Numbered from the stretch's first letter, positions 12,201-22,737 are shown. The stretch: DNA of 64,000 nt from Paraspadella gotoi (GCA_051294375.1 CM119265.1:10495042-10559041), one strand, 5' to 3'. Program-made: numbers and translations. Notes: a model not told the origin generated them from the sequence alone.

Positions 12201-14060
12201 ACCGTTCATCAGTGGCCATTGGTGCCAGAGGCAAGTCATTCTCCTTCCAACCCAAAGGTCCGGGGTTCAAGCCCAGTGGTCACCTAGCAGTTTAGTGGGA
12301 CGGGGCGCTTGACCCGCCTGTAACACGGTGTTACAGCCTGATCCGAAGCTCAGGGACTGCTTATATTGAACGGTTCTGTCATTAACATATATCAATAATC
12401 ACTGTCTCTTCATTGGTGAGCCCAACTCCGAACACAACAGCAACAACAACACTTTCAGGCAACATGCCTCAACCTGGCGATGCACTTTCCGCCCACAACA
12501 CATCAGGCGACATGCCGCAACTTGGTGATGAACTTTCCACCAACAACAACAATTCACTGAAGAGACGCAACAGACTTCTCCCTACGGGAGGGGGATGTAT
12601 GGTGGACTAAAATCCACCAACCGTTCATCAGTGGCCATTGGTGCCAGAGGCAAGTCATTCTCCTTCCAACCCAAAGGTCCGGGGTTCAAGCCCAGTGGTC
12701 ACCTAGCAGTTTAGTGGGACGGGGCGCTTAACCCGCCTGTAACACGGTGTTACAGCCTGATCCGAAGCTCAGGGACTGCTTATATTGAACGGTTCTGTCA
12801 TTAACATATATCAATAATCACTGTCTCTTCACTATCTAGGAAAAAGTATATAACATTTTTAATAAAGGATATCTATTCAAAAACTTGCTTGATTTAAAAA
12901 AAAATCAAAATGTTTTCAAATCTACATTGAATTTCCTTTCAGTTGCTTCCTTTCATTTTTTGTAGGTCAAATCGTTTAGAAGTTGAAGGCAAAAAAATAT
13001 TGTTACTTTAAATAAAAAATATCGAAAAAAAAATATTTAGTTTTCTACCTTTTTTGGTATTTAATTATTTGTTTTTATTTCAAATAGAGTAAATTATTTT
13101 TTAATTTTTTTTTTTAATTTGGTAATGGTAAAGGCCTTGTCCCTTTTTGGTTCAAAAAAGAACTATTATAGCTTTCAAAAAAGAGGGAAAGATGCGCAAC
13201 ATCAACATCGGGGCTGAAAAGAATTGTGTTAAAGATGTAGAAAAATATTTCACTGTCATACTTCAATATGCTGTATGAGGGTTCGTGTTTCCTTAACCGT
13301 TAATTTTTCTACAACGTCGGTTAACCGTTAAAAATCGATAATATAAATGCAAAAAAAGAAGGAAAACAATCAAAACTTAGTATTCGAATCTTATTTCAAT
13401 ACATAGGATGCACAGAGGAAGACACTGAATTAATTATAAAAAATCTTAAAAGCATAAGTGATGAGCGGGGTTTTCCGTCAGTTGCTCACCCTTCTGAGAG
13501 TATCTATATCGTAGGATTTAATGAGTCTTTAGAAATCAAGAACTGGAGGTAAGCAAAAGGTAAGCATCGGTTAACGATAAGATCGACGGATCACGACGAG
13601 AGTTTATGTCCAACATAAGGATCGTCGCAATCGCATAAGAAAAATATGGATTGACGACAAATTTTGATACTAAAAAAAATAAAATTTGAGAAAAGAAAAT
13701 TAAATTATAAACAAAGAAAAATTATATTTTGCGACTGTCAATTAAAAAAAATAATAAAGTACCGAGGAAAATTAAAGTTATAGTTTCTGAAAAAAAAAGG
13801 AAAATTCTTTTTTTTTGTCATTGTCAATTGTCAAATAAACTGATCAGCAGACGCAGCCCTTGTAAAAAAAATTTGAGAAAAGGAAATTAATTTATAAACA
13901 GAAAGAAAAATTCTATTTTGCGATTGTCAATAAAAAAATAATAAAGTACGGAAGAAAATTAAAGTTACAGTTTCTGAAAAATAGCAAAATAATAACATGC
14001 ACGAATGCGATGCCTAATTTTACGAGTTCAATCCTAATTCAATTTTTTTTAAATAAAAAC

Positions 14061-14131
<71 letters not shown>

Positions 14132-17100
14132 AAAGAAATCAAAAGGCAGCAGCAGAAGCAGCAGGAGAAAAGAGAGAAAAAGAAAGACCCCCTGCAGAGC
14201 CAGCTGCAGGCTCGTTTTTTTCCCCTATGTCATAGGGGAATGAATCAGTGACTAGGGAAAAGAGAGAGGGAGAGAGACATGTAATTAAAAGAGAAAAGAG
14301 AAAGAGAAAGAAATATGAAAATAAAAGAGAGAAAAATTGTTTGTTTTGATAAAACGTAAACAAAACATTTAATAACTGTCCAGACTCAATTTTAAGCACA
14401 TCGATGATGAGAAGCTTAGCGATAAAAAATAAAAGTTAACCGAATTTAACCGTTAAAATTAAAAAATTAATGGTTAAGTTAAAAAGAATTTTAGCCGTTA
14501 TTAACGGTTAATTTTTAACGGTTAAGGAATCTCTAATGAGAGCATGCCCAGATAAATGCAGGCAGTAGTCAATGCCAAGGAAAGGCAAACCAAATATTGA
14601 GAATGTTTTACCCATGTTTTGTATATTTTTTATTGAATAAATGAATTATGTTATATACTTTTTTCCTAGATAGAATTGAATGAATGTAAAATTTTATATT
14701 GGTGGTAGCACTTTCATAACATTAAATCTAATGAAGCGAACCTTGGACGTCCCGCAAGAGGCTCGCCGTGAGCTCCTTCTCAGAGGCGACCGCCTGATGA
14801 ACCCAAGCTAACATATCGCCTACGTAGCGAAGAGCGTCATGAGAATGAAGCTCGATGGGACACGGGGTTCCACCTGGAAATATTAATTTCTTTCATTATC
14901 ATAGTCACTGAAGTGGAACAACAGAGTATAAATAACTGAGATGAGGGGGTGAATGATAAATTAAAAATTTTTAAAGAAAATAAAAATACTATGGAACAAC
15001 AACAACACGAAACCTTGATCAATGATCATAAGCGACCATACCTTACTTTATGGTTAACTTTGACCTTGTAAATACCTATTGTTATAGACTTAGTATCTGA
15101 GACTTTTGACTGTTATTGTAATTGTTGAAGAAATAATTCATCTTCACCTGAAAATCGTTGCGTCCACAATACCAAAAAAAATTCAAAAATGGTTCTACAA
15201 CGACTGAAAAGCAGGTCAGAAAAAGAAATAAAAAATAATGAATACTTTTTATTTTGGTTGGAAAGTGGACCGACTGTTGGACAAACTCTTGTTGACAGAG
15301 AGGGCACGAATAAAAAAGGCAAATTTCTCTTCAAAGAAAAGAATAAATAAATGATTCCTACGTACGGAGATAAATTTATTTACCTGGCCCGCCCCTGGTG
15401 AGCGCTTGGATAAATCCACGGACTACTGAGGTTCGTCGAGCCGTAGCGAACTCTGTCAATACGTACTGAAAAAGAACGGGACGCGCGTGTAGGGCGGTCA
15501 TCGCGGAGCAGGTAAGAGAGCGAATCTCCGGGTTGTCGCCGGTCTGACCTGAAAGAGATATTTTTTCTATTTTTATTAAACTAATGAAATAAAAATTTTA
15601 TTAAAATTTAATTCTACAATCTCAATTCGCCCATATAATTTTATTAGTCGAGGATTTATATGTATTTAAAAATTCGCTAATAATTCAAATTCAATTTTTT
15701 TCATTTTTTATTCATCACAAGTTAAAACTCGCTTCGCATTTCTTCCTGAAGCGATCGGTACATCCTCTCATAAGCGGCTTCCTCCAACAAAGCCATCTGC
15801 TCCATAATTTCCAACCCCGCCCGTTGCTGCTGGTTTGAGCGAAGCAGCGCCTTGCAGTCGACGTGGATCCGCATCACCCGCGACAGAGCAGCGAAGAACT
15901 CGGGCGTCAGACGTTGGAGTGAATGGGTGAGGGAGGAAGAGGAAACCGAAGAGCCTAATTTGGAATACGTAGGGAAAAAAAGGTTTAAAAGTACAGTTAT
16001 CTCGCCAGACGTTACTATCAAAGAAAATTAATGAAAAAATCCGGAAAAAAATGAATGATTTATGTAATAGTAATTGATTAATGTAACTATAATTGATCGA
16101 TGTAATAGTAATTGATTGATATAATAGTAATTGATTGATATAATAGTAATTGATTGATGTAATAATAATTGATTGATTATTAATGCAATGATAACCAATT
16201 ATTGATTCGATGATAACTAATTATTAAGATAAAGTGAAAGTTTGGAATCAAAATTTAACAGTTATAACTTTTTTTCGCGATCTATCGACTACCACGAACA
16301 AAAGGGCATTTCGTGACGAGGTGGACCGATATGAGAATCAAAATTTAACAGTTATATCTTGAAAACTATCATATTAGTGAATACTAATCTGTAATTATTT
16401 TTTTTTACAAATAGTCAGTCAGCTTATTTTGTATATAGTACTAAATTAAATAATATCAAAATTTCAAAATATTTTTTTTTAAATTCTGAGAACAGATTCA
16501 GATTCCTCGTTAAAAGTTAATAAAAGAAAATATAAATCTTTTGTAAAAATTATATTATTAAATAAGTTAAAATTATAAAAAACTATATTTTTAAGTTCAA
16601 AATTAAAAATTGACGTCTTAAATATAGTTTTTTACATTTTTAACCAACTTAATGAAAGAATTTTTTTTTAAAAATTTGCAGGAATAAGTTTGATTTGTTT
16701 GTGACAACGATTGGTTTTATTTCAGTTTAATTAAAAAATAAAAAAGAATTATACTTTCTTATATCAACTTTTTGCAAAAAATCCAAATCCGATCTTAATT
16801 TGCAATTTTAAATTTTAGCTTATTATTATTATATATTTATTACCATATATAAATATAGCTCACTGGTGCCCACTAATGTATAAAATTTATAAATAAATTT
16901 ACCAAAGTATTTTTATTAGTTTTTAATTTTATATACTAAATTTTAATTTATTAAAATTTTATTATTTTCACATCACTCTACTAATTATTGATGCGATGAT
17001 AACAAATAATTGATCCGATGATAACCAAATGATTGATGCGATGATAATCATTCATTGATGCGATGAGTCATTTATAATAAATAAAACAAATACGTGTATG

Positions 17101-18480
17101 AGAAAGAAAGAGAAAGAAAAAAAGAGAAAGAGAAAGAGAGAAAGAAAGAGAAAAAGAGAGAGAGAGGGCCAACCGCAGCAGAACTGAACTCGTTTTTAGA
17201 CGACTCAGAAAAAAGAACGATGGAAAAAAAAGAGATATATAATTTCATACAATTGAAATTCTTTGAAACATTATACCACTATATTTATAAGGAAGCCAGG
17301 TACTCTGGGAGTGTCCAAAGTCAGGGGCAAGATAGCTTATTTATTAAATGAATGGATAATTTTTATATTGGTTGTACTAATTTCATAAATATATATAAAA
17401 ATTGTTTTGTAAATAAAACAAACAAATGCGTGTAGCAATATGAAACATGTGATTCGTAATGATCTTGATGATAAGAAGCTATATCTGAATTTTTAGCTTC
17501 TTATGGTGACACACTTTTACAATTTCCAATTGTAAAAAAGCATGACGACAACGGCACGAAACAATTCTAAACGATTATCACGCCAAGATTATCACGGACT
17601 TAAGCCCGTCTGGCGAGATAAAAAGGGGGGGCAAAATGGGGCAAGAAAAAATACTGGATAGGTCAATAAACTCACCCAAAATATGAAAAAATATTTTAAT
17701 CTTTCCTTACCCGGTCTCCCTTCGGCGGTTGGGCTGCCTTTGAGCGCGGTCATCTCTTCCCTTGTTAGCTGGAACTTGTCGAGAAAAGCAGCCATGGCTG
17801 TTTCCTTGAGAGCGAGTTGGTGGTTCTCGCTCTGAAGCTTGGTCGTGGCCTCGATGAGGTCGCGCGTCTGAGATTTGGTCTTCGCCAATCGATGCCTCAT
17901 GTCTTCCACCGATGAGTTCATCGACGACACATCCTCGTAGACTTCCTCAATCTCATTTTGAAAGATGGGGGAAAAAGAAAAAGCAAAAATAAAAAAAATT
18001 TGAAAGCACAAAAACAACAATAAGCAATCTTTGATCTCGTCGACTCTCTCTGTTGTTGTTATGTTTTTCTTCCACACGATCACATAATAGAAAAGAGCTT
18101 AGGCAGTGTATCCCGACTTTAAAATTCATTTCAATTATGTTTTTTTTTCATTATAGTTTCCCGTATGTCCCCTTGAAGTTTTTCAGAGAGACTTGCGACT
18201 GACTCAAGTTCCCACTCCTCACCTTCCTATTAAGCCCTGTCAGTAAGGCAACGAATTCCTCGTTCATCTCCACGTTACGTCGTTCCACTTCTGTGCGGAG
18301 GTTTCGTCGGGCTCCAGCAGAGTTGACTCCATAAAACTCGGACAATCCTTTAAGCGGCTCCAGCAAGTCGCGGTTGTGCTCCAACTTAGTTTCTAGAATT
18401 TTACCGATTTTGCGCGAGAGTGGATTGGTCTGCGAAGAGCCCAAATTCCCCGAGGACGCGGTGCTCGTCATAATGCTCAT
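9283..18480 (-). CDS. COG6: Conserved oligomeric Golgi complex subunit 6 (multi-exon, TE-filled introns)
   Basis: Exons read [75 protein letters not shown] (14738-14873), [13 protein letters not shown] and a C-terminus [12 protein letters not shown]. Confidence 0.93.
10415..11306. mobile_element. Tc1/mariner-type MITE, copy 1
   Basis: TA|CACTGAGGCGCAAAAAA ... TTTTTTGCTCCGCAGTG|TA terminal inverted repeats. Internal sequence is shared with 53825-54262. Confidence 0.75.
11318..11420. repeat. Dispersed repeat fragment, inverted copy at about 26575-26680
   Basis: cttgaggggtattgaaggcgt..aaatagagggaaaaa..gagaatgtatc..aatatacc is a close reverse complement of 26575-26680. Confidence 0.6.
12214..12284 (+). 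promoter_or_regulatory. tRNA-like segment (Trp-like, Gly alternative) with Pol III A/B boxes, 5' LTR
   Basis: A box TGGTGCCAGAGG (12220-12231), B box GGTTCAAGCCC (12264-12274), acceptor-like pairing GGCCATT/AGTGGTC, loop containing TTCCAAC and 3' end GGTCACC. The anticodon stem is degenerate, so it is not a functional tRNA. Confidence 0.7.
12286..12361 (+). ncRNA. Twister ribozyme, type P5, 5' LTR copy (cleavage-site A+1 changed to G)
   Basis: P5 AGCAGT/ACTGCT; GA-CGG; U^GA (12310/12311); CCC-GC; P3 CTGTAAC/GTTACAG; P4 CCTGA/TCAGG with loop TCCGAAGC. Confidence 0.72.
12633..12703 (+). promoter_or_regulatory. tRNA-like segment with Pol III A/B boxes, 3' LTR
   Basis: Identical to 12214-12284. 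Confidence 0.7.
12705..12780 (+). ncRNA. Twister ribozyme, type P5, 3' LTR copy
   Basis: AGCAGT tta GTGG GA CGG ggcgct TAA CCC GC CTGTAAC acggt GTTACAG CCTGA TCCGAAGC TCAGG g ACTGCT. Predicted cleavage is between 12729 and 12730. P2 needs a 1-nt bulge. Confidence 0.8.
13459..13615 (+). mobile_element. Solo LTR-like element (TG...CA), short copy
   Basis: TGATGAGC...TCCAACA flanked by TSD TAAG. The empty site AGCATAAGGATC is seen at about 23955, and a longer homolog at 21609-22004. Confidence 0.75.
14063..14127. repeat. (GA)n microsatellite
   Basis: About 32 perfect AG units. Shorter ones occur at 22132-22170, 34935-34967 and 60853-60877. Confidence 0.95.
15975..17624 (-). mobile_element. HINE/DINE-1-like element, family 1, copy A
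   Basis: Subterminal inverted repeats TATCTCGCCAGACG (15998) and CGTCTGGCGAGATA (17607), A/T-run insertion site and internal AATAGTAATTGATTGAT minisatellite. Confidence 0.65.
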
Positions 18481-19392
18481 ATTTTATCAATGTACATTGT
18501 ACAGTATCAGCATTCAGAAAATCTAAATGGGAAAATAGTACATAATAATACAAAAGCTTACAAATTAACATAGGTAAATTTTCATGCTAAAATCTAATTC
18601 ATACTCGTAAAAGAGACTTTATAACAAGAAAAAACAAACCGATTCACATCAATGTCTATTTTAGGACTAAACGAAAAAAGCCAGAGGTTTTATATTCTAA
18701 TACCGGCCAATGTAGAATGATGGCAATATTGCTGTTGTTAAGTTTCAAATAAATCTGACCATGAATATAGAAAATATTAGCCAAAATCTTCGGAAAATCC
18801 ACCCCTTCTTTGGAAGATTTTCGCCATAGAAGATTTTTTCCGAATCTGATTCCCGGTTGAAAACTCTTAGAAATCAGATCGTTTACTTTTATTTTAAATA
18901 AAAATTTCATCAAAATGGACTAATTCACTTTACCATGATCGTATCATATCAAAATAACCAAATAAAATGTAAAGAAAAATTTTGAGAGCCCTTCAGACAT
19001 ATCATATATATCATATCATATCATATTGAAATAACTAAATAAATTTTTTTTAAAAATGTTGCGAGCCGTTCAGACACTTAGCTAGAGGATTCCTGAATTT
19101 GAAATCATTTGTGGAACCGAAACATACTTCTATCACATTTATAATGTTTTGAAGGGAAAAATCCCTTTCATTTCTATATAAAAATGTTGGTTATTTGACA
19201 AGAGAAACAAAAGGCGAGCTCTTCATGTAGCATCTTATATGTTAGGCTAAATTTAGCTAACATGATGATAAGGGGAAAAAGATGATTATAGTAGTATGAT
19301 GATGATGCTCAAAGATGATCAAAGCTGTCAACGATAAGTCTGGTTTTTCTTACATTATTTTTATTAACTTTTTAAAATTAGAAACCAGACAA

Positions 19393-19588
19393 TGTGGAGA
19401 TTGTGTGGACTTAGTGGTTACTAAAGTGGTCGCTCGTAACTGTCACTCATGAGACAGAATTCTTCACACCTAGGCCATTAAGAAAAATAATTAAACTGTT
19501 AGGGGGCAAACCTTGCGGACCTTCTAACAGGTCAATGGGCGGCTGCAGACCAAAGAGGCAGCTTAATGAAGTATCCAACACCTCTGCA
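19393..19588 (+). mobile_element. Degenerate solo-LTR/SINE-like element: tRNA-like head plus candidate HDV-like ribozyme
   Basis: TGTGGAG...CTCTGCA termini, flanks ACAA/ATAA, A-box-like TGGACTTAGTGG and an HDV-like helix order at 19473-19571. Confidence 0.45.
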
Positions 19589-20045
19589 ATAAATTATTAA
19601 TCATTAACTCATGATTGCTGAGGGGAGAAAAGAGTAATGAATCAATTAAATAATTATAAATGGCGAAAAAATGAATCATAAATGAATCTTTATTTAAATA
19701 AGACAATCAATGAATAAATTAAATCCGAGGGGTCATAGAAGTTACGGATAGTAGTCTTCAGCCCACTTAGCGCCTTATCCACAGCCTGTTTTCATTATAT
19801 TTTCATAGTTCCAAAATTTCATCATGACGAAATACCATTATTCGATTTTTCTTCTTTTTAATTTTATTTGTTATTGATGTGAATCAGTTATTTTATTGTC
19901 TTATTTTAAAAAAAAAAACTTATTTGTATTAATAAATAATGAAAGGTGTGATTACTGATTAGGATAGTACATGTCTGAATTAAAAAATGAAAATGAATGA
20001 ATTAAAAAATAGATTTTATGGAAATAATATCGACTAACAGAGGGC

Positions 20046-22124
20046 CTAAATCAAAAAGGCATCGTTGGTCGCCAACTCCCCGCTTCTCATCACCACTGCG
20101 AGATTGACTATGAATTTCCTCCAACTGATCCTTTTGGTCAAATCTTCCCGACATTTCGAGCCGACGCAAGATGTGGTGTGGCCCCGGCCCAAGAAGCGCA
20201 ACTGACTATGGATTAGGTAAACGATCCAGATCCACACAAAGACATTGGCGACGAAAATCGAGACGTGAGCCGCCGCCTCGGGCTCGGAGAAGCTTCGCCA
20301 CAGAACGACCGGAAGATCGACGAGGAGTTGGACGTCGTCGGGGTCTCTTTCCGGCGGCCAATCGACGGCGGCGTCAATCGCGTGACGAAGCCTTGCGGCG
20401 CAAAGAGTCAGGGAGACGAGAAAGATAGGAATGCAGACGAGAGTCAGGTGGAGAAGAAAGAGGAGAAAAAGACGCCGATTGCCGTCGGCGATACAAGTAA
20501 GGAGAAAAAGGCAGTGATGGTCAAAGCCGTCCATGCAAGAGTCGCATAGACGACAGTGGCGGACGTGGAGTCGGGAAGGCGCGGCACAGTTGGAGCAGTG
20601 ATCAAGAAAAGGAATAGGGTCGCTGGTTAAACGTTGAACCGTCATTCTGTCAAACCGAAGAGACGGGCAGGGTTTGGTCCGTCCAGGGTCACCCAGGATC
20701 AAGCTTGCGTATTGAAAGACGCACAAAACGGTGGCGGCGCCGCAAAAAGAGATCAGGTAACCAGAAAAACGTAAGTTGGGCAGAAGGAAGACGTAGAAGA
20801 TGACCAAGTCGTAGAAGATACCCGCGAAGAAGAGGCCAGCCAAAAAGGGGTTGGGCCACTTTGAGACGTGGTGCATGCGGTGCAAAGAGTTAACGTGGCG
20901 CCAAGCGATCAATGCGCAGAAGGCGTAAACGATTGAACCGGCGTGAGTCCCGCGACGGGGCAAAATAAGATTGAAGAGGAAAAACATCACTGGCGGCAAA
21001 AGCATCGGCGAAGTCAAGAGATAAAAGTAGGCAAGCCGTGGACCGGCAAGCGGAGCGCGATCACCGCCAGAAAATCGAGGAAACTTACGGTGAAAGCGGA
21101 CGAGATCTAAGAGTTGTCGAAATGAGTTCTCCACCTTGGCCCTATCCTCGATCGTCGAAAGGCGGGTGGTGCCTTCGGGATAAGCGTCGGAGATCAGAGA
21201 CATCTCCGTCCAGTGGAGGATGAGGAACGGGATGTCGGCGGTAAAGTTGCGAAGGCTGAGGTCGAAGGCGGTCGAGCCGTCCACGTTGCGCATGGAGGAG
21301 ATCTAATGTAGAATTACGGAATTGTGCAGTTCCATGAACATTTATTTTCAACAAAATTAATTTGATAAATTAAAGAAAAAAATGATCGTTTCTCAGACTG
21401 ACCTCAGTTGCGGTAAAGATCTTTGACCGGACACAAAACCCAGCCAATTCAATTTTTTTGTTATGACATGCTATGTGAAAGAAAGTTTCGCCGTTTTTGT
21501 CCACAGCAGTGGGATCGAGTTTGCAAAAAATGAGAAGATAGTTGACCATCTGAGGATTGCCTCCAAATGCGGCAAAGTGAAGGGCAGTGCGGCCTACGGA
21601 GGGGTAAGTGTTGGACATAAACTCTCGTCGTAATCCGTCGATCTTATTTACCTTTTGTAAAAGTCTTTAAAAATATAAACAATCGATATTTGTTTACAAA
21701 CAATACAGTTCATTGTTATTTCAATGCTTTGTTCAATAATGAATTTAATAATTCCATTCGTTACAGATCGCATTAATATTAATTAGCCATCGTCGGGGTT
21801 TATGGTTTATGGTTGTTTAAAGTTTATTATTACAGTTATTCGAATAGTGGCTCAGCCGAGCTTACCTGAGAGGTCTTTATTTATTTATTCATCACCGATG
21901 CTTGCTATTGCTTACCTCTAGATTTGATCCTTAAAGACTCGATCCTACATGCGTTATATATACTCTCAGAAGGGTGAGCAAGAGACGGAAAACCCCGCTC
22001 ATCATAAGAAAGAAATAACTTAATAACTACTACAAATACAAACATCTGAAATCTATTTGAAACAATTTTTTAAAATTGGCAGAGCTTCAAAAAAAAAAGT
22101 TATAAAGTTGATAAACGTTTCTAA

Positions 22125-22173
<49 letters not shown>

Positions 22174-22461
22174 GCATTTATCCCTGACGTTGACGATTCC
22201 ACCCGATCGTCGCACTTCCTCGGCGACGGCGACGATGCCGCGCCGCGCCGCCAGATGGAATGGAGTCTCACCACCGGCGTTGACGGCACAGACGTCGGCT
22301 CCGTGACGAATCATGAGCGTCACGTGGGACACGTCGCCTTTGACGCAAGCGTCGTGAAGGTGCGTCATCCCGTACCAACGTTCCTCGCGAAGGCGGGATG
22401 CGTTTGATGGAGAGGAGAGGAAGGAAGAAAGTTTCGGGGGACTCATGTCGATGAGATCCAT
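20046..22461 (-). CDS. Ankyrin-repeat DHHC palmitoyltransferase (ZDHHC13/17-like), 3 exons
   Basis: Ankyrin repeats (GMTHLHDAC, GETPFHLAA, GRTALHFAA), TM helices and CSNC..HCRLCDSCMDGFDHHCLFLLTCI. Confidence 0.9.
21609..22004 (-). mobile_element. Solo LTR-like element (TG...CA), long copy, in the ZDHHC intron
   Basis: Both ends are reverse-complement homologous to 13459-13615. TAAG flanks both sides (21605-21608 and 22005-22008). Confidence 0.75.
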
Positions 22462-22737
22462 TTTTTCGTATTTTAGTTTTTTAATGCAAGATTTCGTTTT
22501 TTGTTATAGGGTTTTTGATTGTCAAAAGGTTACGTTTCAGTCGGGTTTGATAGCACTTTTTGTTAGTGTTGGCGCCTCGAAAAGGCGATAATACGAATCA
22601 AAAGTCACATCTACGAAAATAAGGAGAGATGCGTTAAAAACTCGAAAAAGATTCCGAGGCATACAAAAATATCTAAAAACTATAAAAAAGTATATAACTG
22701 TGTAAAATACTAAATAGTATGAATAGTAAAGAAAAAT

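Larger units (their letters stand above)
12179..12831 (+). mobile_element. Miniature non-autonomous LTR retrotransposon (TRIM/retrozyme-like), 653 bp
   Basis: 234-bp direct repeats at 12179-12412 and 12598-12831 with one mismatch. PBS TGGTGAGCCC at 12414, polypurine tract GGGAGGGGGA at 12586-12595, and 4-bp TSD CTAT. The empty site TACTATCTAGG is seen at 23628. Confidence 0.92.
13438..14429 (-). mobile_element. Helentron-associated interspersed element (HINE-like), family 2, copy A
   Basis: Inserted in an A/T run. End AAATCTTAAAAGCATAAG, subterminal ATCGTCGCAATCGC and internal (GA)n. About 400 bp are shared with 24710-25145. Confidence 0.6.
13277..14535. mobile_element. Possible hAT-like MITE nested in Tc1 copy A
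   Basis: Inverted subterminal motifs TTCCTTAACCGTTAA (about 13289) and TTAACGGTTAAGGAA (about 14515), with several TTAACCGTTAA repeats. TSD not resolved. Confidence 0.45.
12175..14673 (+). mobile_element. Non-autonomous Tc1-like element (copy A) hosting nested insertions
   Basis: TIR CTATCTAGGAAAAA(A)GTATATAACAT, whose left copy is split by the TRIM; reverse complement at 14648-14673. Transposase C-terminal relic [18 protein letters not shown] at 14541-14600. Confidence 0.8.

Noticed and set aside
12214-12284. Functional tRNA gene
   Set aside because: The anticodon and D stems do not pair and it lies within an LTR, so it was treated as a tRNA-derived promoter.
13459-13500. TGATGAGC...GCTCA as a hammerhead in the second LTR family
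   Set aside because: It lacks the leading C and the GAAA/stem III elements; it is just a terminal hairpin.
14010-14243. ER/RE-repeat ORFs (also 17094 and 24721)
   Set aside because: They are translations of GA microsatellites within repeats.
14738-14873. GC-rich island with CTGATGA, a possible hammerhead
   Set aside because: There is no stem II-GAAA, and the reverse strand is a conserved COG6 exon ([16 protein letters not shown]).
16060-16180. Regular short repeats resembling a CRISPR array (also 31140-31325)
   Set aside because: These are tandem minisatellites without unique spacers, inside HINE-like elements, in a eukaryotic context with no cas genes.
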